From an uncultured Bacillota bacterium (GTDB lineage Bacteria > Bacillota_I > Bacilli_A > RFN20 > CAG-826): a stretch of 64,000 nucleotides of DNA. Under the pieces are notes generated by a model. The model was not told the origin of the DNA, searched no databases, and saw only the letters and a list, made by a program, of their open reading frames with translations. Shown here piece after piece: positions 28,590 through 35,805 of the stretch; the first letter of the stretch is position 1, and each line of letters opens with the position of its first letter. The translations under genes were made by a program, and so were the position numbers. The DNA is taken from the NCBI GenBank assembly GCA_949298195.1, contig CASFVT010000019.1:1664-65663 (forward strand), in the 5' to 3' direction.

Positions 28590-30386
28590 TCAGCTAAAGC
28601 GCCGGAGATAGTGCGCAAGACGCTCGTGGGTGAGGGGGAAGGCGTTCTTCCCATACGTCCGGTCGATTTCGTCGCGGAGGGCGATGAGGGCGTCCTTGAC
28701 GAATTCCTCGTATCGACCCTCGAGCTTACTCGCGATCTTCTCCGCGAACATGAAGTCGAGGGCTTCTTCCTTGCTTCCCCCGCAGGCGACGAAGACCGGG
28801 ACGAAGAGCTCGATCTGGTGGTAGACGCGGTTGCCGAAGGTGATTTCGAAATCCTCATAGGTCTTGTTGAGGATGGAGCGGAACTTCGACCAGTCGGCCT
28901 TGCTGAGGCGCTTTTCCTCATCCTTCTGGGCTTCCGCGAAGAGGCCCATGAGGTGCGAATAGGAAATGGAAATCGGTTCCGGGATTTTCTTGACCGAGAA
29001 TGGCTCGTTCCGGTCGTTGAAGGAAATGACGATGGCCCGGTCGTAGACCTTGTCGGTGATCGTGTAGGTCGAATCGTCCCGGTTGGCCGTTCCGATGAAC
29101 CAGGTGGTCTCGGGGATTTTCAGGTTGCCGTCCTGGAGATGCTCCGGCGGGGTGAAGTCATAAGGGAGGTTCATGATCTTGAGAACCCGTTCGTCGAGGG
29201 GGTATTCCATGATGGATAGGAAGTCGGCGAAGTAGTACTCGATCCGGGCGATGTTCATCTCGTCGAGGACCATGACGTTGATGTCCTGGCTCTCGTAGGT
29301 GGCTTGGTAGAGGCGCTTGAGGAACTCAGTTTCGTTATAGGTCTTCGAGAAATCGTTCCAGTAGCCGAGGATGGATGTCCGGTCCCTCCAGGTGGCCTGG
29401 ACGAGGACGAAGAAGCTCTTCTCCGAGATGAAGTTGGAGAAATAACGGGCAATGGAACTCTTGCCGGTGCCCGAAAGGCCTTGGAGGATGATGAGCCGGG
29501 AGGCCGATAAGCCTGCCACGAAGGCCCGAACTGCCGTCTTCTCGTAATAGAGGCCCTCTTCCCCGGCAAGGTAATCGCGGAAGGAATCGGCGATGGTTCT
29601 CAAATCGAGTCCATCGTCGTCGAACTTCTTGACATCGACCATCTCGGCCCGGGAATCGATGAGGGAGAGGCCAGGGAAGACCCGGTTCCGGTCGAGGCCA
29701 TAGAAATCGTCGTTTGGGAGGGGGCCGCTGGCCGTCCCGACCGCGGTTGCCCGCTCACGGGTGGCGAAGGCGGAGGAAACGTCCTCCACGTCCATGACCT
29801 CGTCGACCTTGGCTTCAAGTTCCTCGAGCTTCTCGGCTTCCTCGCTTTTCGGGCTGCTCTCCTCGAGGGGCTTCCGCCGGTAAACGAGGGAATAGACGAG
29901 GAGGACAAGGAAGAAGAGGCTGAGGTAGAGGACGAGGGCCACCACGAGGGCAACGAGGAAGGATTCGCCGGTGAAGGCGAGGGATTGCCCGAGAAGGTCC
30001 ATCCCGTTCTCAAAGGCGAGGTGGGAGGCCGAGCCGATCCCGATTCCCAGCCCGAAGAGGACGATGAAGCTCGCCGCGTAGATGGAAATCCATTTGGCCG
30101 AATAGGGCTTTTCGTCGTAGTAACCGGCAAGCCTCACCTCGATGACGACCGCGAGGGCAAAGAGGAAGGCGTAGACGGCCATTAGGACGAGCATGATGTA
30201 GCTCTGCATCCCGACCGATTCGACGGTCACGAAGCCGAAGGCCGTGGCCAAGGAAGCAATCGGGTTGCCGTTCATCACCACCGTCGAGTTCGGGTCGAGG
30301 CAGATGCCGCTAAAGACGACGATCAGGAGATAGAAGAAGACAAGCGAGAGGGCAATCCCATCGATCCTTTTGAAGAGAGTTCTCAT
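28590..30386 (-). CDS. membrane-anchored McrB-like AAA+ (AAA_5) NTPase
   Basis: 598 aa. Residues 1 to about 170 form 4-5 hydrophobic helices, followed by an acidic linker. Walker A LQGLSGTGKSS, Walker B with McrB-like extension VMVLDEMNIARIEYYFADFLSIME, and McrB signature-like FIGTANRDDSTYTITDKVYDRA (compare GTMNTADRS). Confidence 0.75.
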   Translation of the reverse strand: MRTLFKRIDGIALSLVFFYLLIVVFSGICLDPNSTVVMNGNPIASLATAFGFVTVESVGMQSYIMLVLMAVYAFLFALAVVIEVRLAGYYDEKPYSAKWISIYAASFIVLFGLGIGIGSASHLAFENGMDLLGQSLAFTGESFLVALVVALVLYLSLFFLVLLVYSLVYRRKPLEESSPKSEEAEKLEELEAKVDEVMDVEDVSSAFATRERATAVGTASGPLPNDDFYGLDRNRVFPGLSLIDSRAEMVDVKKFDDDGLDLRTIADSFRDYLAGEEGLYYEKTAVRAFVAGLSASRLIILQGLSGTGKSSIARYFSNFISEKSFFVLVQATWRDRTSILGYWNDFSKTYNETEFLKRLYQATYESQDINVMVLDEMNIARIEYYFADFLSIMEYPLDERVLKIMNLPYDFTPPEHLQDGNLKIPETTWFIGTANRDDSTYTITDKVYDRAIVISFNDRNEPFSVKKIPEPISISYSHLMGLFAEAQKDEEKRLSKADWSKFRSILNKTYEDFEITFGNRVYHQIELFVPVFVACGGSKEEALDFMFAEKIASKLEGRYEEFVKDALIALRDEIDRTYGKNAFPLTHERLAHYLRRFS

Positions 30387-31309
30387 TTTTCGACCTCCTG
30401 GTTGGTTTGTTCTTCTTGTTTGGGCAGTTCGCCATCGGGAAGAAGGTACTCTTTCCCATCATAGGTAAGTACTTCCTGGAAGGAAACGTCGGCTTCCCTA
30501 TCGGGAGCGAAGGGAAGCAGGGAGAGGAGCCCCTCGGTCCTCTTCTCGATTGAGCGATCCATCTTCCTCCGGTAGTACTCGAAGATGAGGAAGCAATAGA
30601 CAATCGAGACGATGCAGATGACCCCGGCCCCGCTTTGGAGGAAGAGGACGAAGGCCCCGGCCGCCGGGATGCGGAAGCCATCGTAATGGCCGACCACCTG
30701 TTGGAACGGGAGGTAGTCGCCGTAGAAGACGTTCTGGTCGGTCTTGTCGTTCGCGTCGCCTTGGGTGATGAACATCTTCCCGTCGCTGGTGTCGACGATG
30801 TCGACTACCCGGTGGACGACGATCGAGCCGTCACTGCCTTGGTAGGCCAAGACATCGTAGAGTTCCACCTCGTCGACCTCCCGGTACGGGGTGACGACGA
30901 TGATGTCGTAGGTATTGAACTGGTCGTCCAGTCCATTCGCGAAGAGGTAGGGGTTCGAGGGGTGCTTCTCCGACATCGAGCCCGAGACGATGACGAGGGG
31001 GATATTCCCCCCGAAGTTCATTGCCGTGCCCATGAAGCGGGAGGCGAGACTATAGGCGAAGACCCCGACCAAGACGAGGAGAAGGAGGTAGGATAGTCCT
31101 TTCCCGGTGTAATGGAGGATCTTCCGCGGGAGGGATTTTTCTTTCCGGCGGTTGCTTTCCTCGATGAGGAGTTCGACATCCTCTTCCCCGCTGTCGACCG
31201 CCTCGATGATGCCCCGGAAGTAGTTCCGGAAGAGGAAGGTGAAGACGAAGGAGAGGCTAACAAGGGCGACGATGGTCACGATGAGGGAGAGGATTTCAAT
31301 GCTGCTCAT
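30383..31309 (-). CDS. sipW: SipW-type (ER/archaeal-type) signal peptidase I with N- and C-terminal extensions
   Basis: Catalytic Ser box VVSGSMSEKHP, His box VVHRVVDI and ITQGDANDKTDQ (compare TKGDNN). N-terminal helix plus charged segment, and a C-terminal helix plus tail. The stop overlaps the AAA+ gene start (ATGA). Confidence 0.8.
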   Translation of the reverse strand: MSSIEILSLIVTIVALVSLSFVFTFLFRNYFRGIIEAVDSGEEDVELLIEESNRRKEKSLPRKILHYTGKGLSYLLLLVLVGVFAYSLASRFMGTAMNFGGNIPLVIVSGSMSEKHPSNPYLFANGLDDQFNTYDIIVVTPYREVDEVELYDVLAYQGSDGSIVVHRVVDIVDTSDGKMFITQGDANDKTDQNVFYGDYLPFQQVVGHYDGFRIPAAGAFVLFLQSGAGVICIVSIVYCFLIFEYYRRKMDRSIEKRTEGLLSLLPFAPDREADVSFQEVLTYDGKEYLLPDGELPKQEEQTNQEVEK

Positions 31310-31384
31310 CTAAGTCGACCCCCTCATAAAGACACGGCCTAGCCAACGAACACGCCGGCTAGGCCATAGATGGAGAAATGGCAA

Positions 31385-32170
31385 TCAATAGCCTGCCGCC
31401 AAGTAAGGCGTGACGGTGATGGTGAACTTGGCGTTGCTGGCCTTTTCAAGGAGCGAGAGGGCCGACATGGCGACCGAGGCCGACTCCGAATTGCCATCGT
31501 AATCGCCGGGATTGCCGTATCCGAAGAAGGACCCCCACCCAAAGGAGAGCGTCAGGTTCACGTCGAGGGTAGAACCGTCGGCATTCGCGGCCACATACCC
31601 GGTGACCCCACCGTCATGGTCGGTTACAGCTTTCTTATTGAAAGTACTCGAAGAGGTTCCGGCAGCGTTCAAAGGGGTGTCCGCCTTGGCGAATTCGGTA
31701 GGAGAATCCGTGGAATTCGACACCGGGAGGACAAGATAGCTACTTGAGATGGCATCGTTGAGGTAAGAGCCGGTGGTCGTATCTTCCCCATCGGTCTTGA
31801 CGGTCATCGAGAGCTTGAAACCGCCGTAATGATCGGCGAAGGCAGCGTTCTTCACCGCATTGGTGATCTGGAAGGAGAGGCCGAAGCTCAGCTGCTCGCC
31901 ACCGCCATCCTCGGATCCGTATTGGATGAGGCCACTGGTGTCGCTCGTCGCGGCATCGAAGCGGAGGGGCGGCTCGTTGTCGACGTCCACCGCGTCGATC
32001 TTCATACTGTAATCCTTGACCTCGCCGGTGACGACGGTAATCGGACTCGTGGTATCCGGTTCTTGCTGGCTCAGGATCCAGGCGCCGAAGGCCGTGCCGG
32101 CCAAGGCGATGGTCCCGGCTCCGACCAAGACGTAGGCAATCGATTTGTTGCCCTTCAATTTGCTAGCCAT
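31385..32170 (-). CDS. secreted protein with SipW-cognate-type signal peptide (TasA/camelysin-style leader), paralog 2
   Basis: N-terminus KGNKSIAYVLVGAGTIALAGTAFGAWILS resembles the TIGR04088-type leader. Shares LSFGWGSFFGYG and a C-terminal ...FTITVTPY block with the upstream paralog. Confidence 0.6.
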   Translation of the reverse strand: MASKLKGNKSIAYVLVGAGTIALAGTAFGAWILSQQEPDTTSPITVVTGEVKDYSMKIDAVDVDNEPPLRFDAATSDTSGLIQYGSEDGGGEQLSFGLSFQITNAVKNAAFADHYGGFKLSMTVKTDGEDTTTGSYLNDAISSSYLVLPVSNSTDSPTEFAKADTPLNAAGTSSSTFNKKAVTDHDGGVTGYVAANADGSTLDVNLTLSFGWGSFFGYGNPGDYDGNSESASVAMSALSLLEKASNAKFTITVTPYLAAGY

Positions 32171-32193
32171 GTTGGTTGTTCCTTTGCTCTTTA

Positions 32194-33009
32194 TCAGGCA
32201 CCGGCCCCGTACTTTTCGACCTTGACGGTCAAGACGAGGTCCTCGCCGTTGAGGGCCTTATACATCGCATCCATCTCGGCCGCGATGTTCTGGGCAGCCG
32301 TGACGGTCAGGGCCTCGCGGCTATCGGTAGCTTCCCCGTCAAGAGCCGAACCCGAGTCATCGGCCTTGTAATAAAGGTCATTGTAGAAAGTGGCCGGGCT
32401 ACTACCGCCGAAGAAAGTCCCCCACTTGAAGCTGACTTCCTGATTCTGGACAGTGACTGTATAGGTGCCGTTGGTGGCCGTGCCGGCTGGCGTAAGATCC
32501 TGCGTGGTGGTCGCGAGGTCAACGTAGGTCCATTTGCCGTCTTGGGTCGCTGTCTCCGAAGACCGTTTGCTCCCGAGTTTGTTGCCGTCGCTAGCCACGA
32601 GGTTGGCTGCATTGGCCCCATCGGCATACCCAAGTGAGAAAACGAGCCGCAGATCGTTCTCATCGTCGGTCAGGTAACCGGAACCGTAATTGATGGTGAG
32701 GGTCGGCAGGGTGATCTTGAGATTCCCGGTGTTCGTCCCGTCCCAGCCAACGGCATGGGTATCCTCGTCGATCGTTGCGCCCGTCTCGCTGAGGGTGATT
32801 GCCAGGCCAGTGCCACTGGCCATCGTGAGTTCGACGAAATCACCGCTCACGGTGTCGACGGTGACGCCAACATTCGGATTCTGCGTGGTGTTCGAAACCG
32901 AGATGATGTAGGTAGCGGTCGCCGTGGTCAACAAGGCGATGGCTCCGAGGCCCAAAACGGTTCCGAGAATCGTCTTGCGCCGCTTTTCTAGTTTGGTCTG
33001 TTTTCTCAT
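32194..33009 (-). CDS. secreted protein with SipW-cognate-type signal peptide, paralog 1 (first gene of the operon)
   Basis: N-terminus KRRKTILGTVLGLGAIALLTTATATYIIS. Shares VSFKWGTFFGGS and ...LVLTVKVEKY with paralog 2. The RBS GGGGGG lies 5 nt upstream of the ATG. Confidence 0.6.
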   Translation of the reverse strand: MRKQTKLEKRRKTILGTVLGLGAIALLTTATATYIISVSNTTQNPNVGVTVDTVSGDFVELTMASGTGLAITLSETGATIDEDTHAVGWDGTNTGNLKITLPTLTINYGSGYLTDDENDLRLVFSLGYADGANAANLVASDGNKLGSKRSSETATQDGKWTYVDLATTTQDLTPAGTATNGTYTVTVQNQEVSFKWGTFFGGSSPATFYNDLYYKADDSGSALDGEATDSREALTVTAAQNIAAEMDAMYKALNGEDLVLTVKVEKYGAGA

Positions 33010-33061
33010 TTAGACCCCCCTTTGCTTCGCGCTGGATGAGGCAGTCGGGTCTTATGAATAA

Positions 33062-33070
33062 CCCCCCCCC
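33062..33070 (-). repeat. G9 homopolymer (C9 on the plus strand) in the operon leader
   Basis: accccccccc aacgg at 33061-33075. Lies 53-61 nt upstream of the ATG at 33009 and downstream of the candidate promoter. Confidence 0.9.
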
Positions 33071-33143
33071 AACGGAATCGACGGGACCTTCAACCGACGA
33101 ACGGACCCAACGAAGCAAGGGATGCCTTGTCCGGCGACACGCA

Positions 33144-33172
33144 TTTTTACCATTCCCAACCCCTTACTTCAA
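33144..33172 (-). promoter_or_regulatory. candidate extended -10 sigma70 promoter of the nine-gene operon
   Basis: Minus strand TTGAAG (33167-33172), a 17-nt spacer ending in TGG, then TAAAAA (33144-33149). This is the only good match in the 560-nt divergent intergenic region. Confidence 0.4.
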
Positions 33173-33568
33173 GGAAAAGACAACATCACGAAAATACCAA
33201 AACCGATATCTCCGCAAAAGCTCCTTTTTCCGTTAGTTTTTCGTAAGGTTGTTTTACCCGGCTTTTCCTCCAAAATGAGCGCCTGTGCAACGAAATTGGT
33301 AAGCCCCAGGCAACGTATGTCTTCGAAGAACAATAGCTATCATCTATTTTCGCCTCTAGAGCGACAAGACTAGCAAATAGGGGTTTTCTATCTTAACAGT
33401 TAATCTTTCTATCGCTTCTCGTGGTCATACCCGGGTCTACCTTGAAGGACATTTCCGGGTACTTCCATTCCAAGGTTACCACGGGAATGTTGCACATTTG
33501 TCATTTTCCATATAGGGGAATGGCGGTTTCTTGTTTACAATAGTCTAAACAGAATAGAGGAGCGAGCC

Positions 33569-34303
33569 ATGAGCGAAAACATCTACTTGTCCTCGAAGAA
33601 AAGAGTCGAGGACGTTCTCTCATCCACGGCCAAGATCAAAAAGGTCAACTCAATCAAAGACCTTTCGGAAGTCGATGGCTATCAAAACGGCATCAAGACT
33701 TGGATTGCCGCCCTCGCCATCGACATCCGCAACGCCGCTTCCCTCTTCTCGGAAGAGGACAACGCAGACGTCATCAGAATCACCAAGGCGTTCTTCGGGG
33801 AGGCCAACCGGATTGCTAGGTCCAATCCACGCTGCATCCAGACCGAAATCCAAGGTGACAAATTCTTTGCCTACTATGCCACCCCTGGGCAGAACGACTT
33901 GGTGCAACTCCTCGAGGACGCGGTATACCTCAACACTTTCCATGCGATGCTGATCAAGATCCTCGATCTCAAGAACATGCCGGTCTTCGACATCGGAATC
34001 GGCATTTCCAGCTCCGAGTGCATCATTGCGAGGTCAGGTGATGCCGGCTCACCATACATTTTCATCGGGGATGCCGTCTTCAATGCCACCCGTCTGGCAA
34101 GACAGGGCAATAAGGATGGCTTCGGGGAAATCATCGTCGACCGCCTCTTCTATGACAACGTCAAGAACTACGCGGCCAACGAGAAACAGGGCTACTGGGA
34201 GTTCTTCAAGAGGAAATTCTCAAAACTACTGAACATGTGGTGCTTCCACACCTCGGCAATCGACGCGGCTTACAGCGAGTGGATTGACCAGAAGGTCAAG
34301 TAA
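33569..34303 (+). CDS. stand-alone class III nucleotidyl cyclase domain protein
   Basis: 244 aa. ALAIDIRNAASLF (first metal Asp, compare FxDIxGFT), IQGDKFFAYY (second metal Asp, GDxxxA), GIGISSSECIIARSGD (compare GIHTGxVxxG) and IGDAVFNATRLARQG (compare GDxVNxAxRL with Asn/Arg). The RBS AGAGGAG lies upstream. Confidence 0.7.
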   Translation: MSENIYLSSKKRVEDVLSSTAKIKKVNSIKDLSEVDGYQNGIKTWIAALAIDIRNAASLFSEEDNADVIRITKAFFGEANRIARSNPRCIQTEIQGDKFFAYYATPGQNDLVQLLEDAVYLNTFHAMLIKILDLKNMPVFDIGIGISSSECIIARSGDAGSPYIFIGDAVFNATRLARQGNKDGFGEIIVDRLFYDNVKNYAANEKQGYWEFFKRKFSKLLNMWCFHTSAIDAAYSEWIDQKVK

Positions 34304-34321
34304 GCGATAAGTGTTAAAAAT

Positions 34322-34349
34322 GCCGGTGTCCGTAAGGGCATCGGCTTTT
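34322..34349. terminator. bidirectional intrinsic terminator
   Basis: AAAAAT-GCCGGTG-N10-CATCGGC-TTTT. Serves the cyclase gene on the plus strand, and potentially the convergent GT4 gene on the minus strand (ATTTTT follows). Confidence 0.55.
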
Positions 34350-34533
34350 CCGGTTCTACTGGCTTTGGCGTGGTGACGTTGAGAGAAATTTCAAACTAAG
34401 ACTTTCGCTTCTTACTAATGCAACGACACGCCAATAAGAACCGTTTTCAATTTGCCGTCCAAAACCACCAGCCAAGAGATCCACGTGTGCTGACAAGTGA
34501 CGGAAATCGTGTCAAAGCCGGTGCAGCTCTTAT

Positions 34534-35628
34534 TCAATGCGAGGAGCCCGCAGACGGTAGAAGGCTTACAAAGAGGTCGGCGTATTCGTTTGCCATTGTC
34601 GTGTCGGAGTGCTTTTTGGATTCCGCCAAAGCACCTTGTGAAAGCCGTTGTAGTTGCTTCGAATCTCGTAATACATTCGCTATTGTCTTGGCTGCCCCTT
34701 GGATATCACCGACTTCGAACGTATATCCGTTTTCTCCATCGTGAACCATATCGGGAACGCCCCCTACTGAGGTTGCGATTACTGGGATGCCAAATGCATT
34801 TGCCTCCAATATTACGATCGGCGACCCTTCTCTTTCGGAGGTCAAGACAAACAATTTGCTCCTTTCATATAGTTCATCTGTTTTTTGCCCCTTCCCAAAA
34901 AAATCCACATACTGGCGAATGCCAATGGCATCAGCCTCCCGTTCCAACTCCGCCTGAAGCGCTCCATATCCGGCAATCGCTCCTCTAACCTGAATCCCAA
35001 TATCGTGTAACGATTTAATGATCTTTAGGAAGTCTGATTGCCTTTTGACGGCATCCATACGCCCGACAGTCAAAAGATCATAAGTCTTGGCAGTGTGGTT
35101 GTCATTCGAAGGAAGATGGATGCCGTTGTCAATCGCTCGCACAGATGAACGATAGATCGACTCGGCTTCCCCCATCAGTCTATGGTGACATGCCACGATG
35201 ATTATGTTCCTTTTTTTGACGTTGCCACTTATTGATGCACGATAAATTGCTGGGAGATCGTTTTTGGGCTTGGCATGGATGGTATGAACGATTTTGCATC
35301 TCTTGTAATCGACGATCAGATTGAGATAAAAGACGCACGTAAGGTGAGAACTAATAATATCCGGGTCGATATGCGCAACCGTCCGTCTGAGTTCAAACAT
35401 AAAGGGGATGTCAATCGTGCATTTTTTGTGGAGGATATAGACCCGAACGGATGGGTCACGGAGGAGCGATGAATACCTACCGTCTATGCGATCGAAGAAA
35501 ACTATCAGGCTGATTTCAAACCTCGAATCGCCCTTCAAGCGATTAACCAAATCGTAAACGACTTGCGATGAGCCACCCACATCCAACGACTGGATGGCAA
35601 AGCAAAGCTTGATTCTTTTTTCTTTCAT
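34534..35628 (-). CDS. GT4-family glycosyltransferase
   Basis: Start at MKEKRIKLCFAIQSLDVGG (Met 23 of ORF 34534..35694). C-terminal EREGSPIVILEANAFGIPVIATSVGGVPDMV is the GT4 E-x7-E region. Confidence 0.85.
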   Translation of the reverse strand: MKEKRIKLCFAIQSLDVGGSSQVVYDLVNRLKGDSRFEISLIVFFDRIDGRYSSLLRDPSVRVYILHKKCTIDIPFMFELRRTVAHIDPDIISSHLTCVFYLNLIVDYKRCKIVHTIHAKPKNDLPAIYRASISGNVKKRNIIIVACHHRLMGEAESIYRSSVRAIDNGIHLPSNDNHTAKTYDLLTVGRMDAVKRQSDFLKIIKSLHDIGIQVRGAIAGYGALQAELEREADAIGIRQYVDFFGKGQKTDELYERSKLFVLTSEREGSPIVILEANAFGIPVIATSVGGVPDMVHDGENGYTFEVGDIQGAAKTIANVLRDSKQLQRLSQGALAESKKHSDTTMANEYADLFVSLLPSAGSSH

Positions 35629-35805
35629 CAACCAAAGGATACAAGAAGCGTATTCTAATGGCGAGACGCCTGCCAAGCATCCAACACGCAGCAAGGATTA
35701 TCCAGCAATCGGAGTGATAGTCGCTTTCTTTGAAATAACAGCCGCTTTTCACATTGGTCACTGTGCGAAACAATCAGTGCCCCACCAGCTAAAAACCACT
35801 AAACT

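Noticed and set aside
33122-33373. 83-aa ORF in the 560-nt divergent intergenic region.
   Set aside because: It has no RBS, a low-complexity sequence, and overlaps the candidate operon promoter. More likely it is non-coding regulatory DNA.
33465-33523. GGAATG-type short repeats upstream of the cyclase: CCATTCC at 33465-33471, GGGAATG at 33483-33489 and GGAATGG at 33517-33523.
   Set aside because: The 7-nt arms with 45-nt spacing are within chance expectation for this length. This is not enough to call an operator.
34418-34988. Plus-strand ORFs 34418-34744 and 34497-34988 as a possible effector gene downstream of the cyclase.
   Set aside because: They lie beyond the cyclase terminator and antisense to the 3' half of a GT4 gene with strong family motifs. 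They lack an RBS and have odd composition.
35211-35217. A7/T7 runs inside glycosyltransferase, Wzy and Wzx genes as phase-variation tracts (for example 35211-35217).
   Set aside because: The runs are short, sit in AT-richer DNA where they are expected by composition, and all are in frame.
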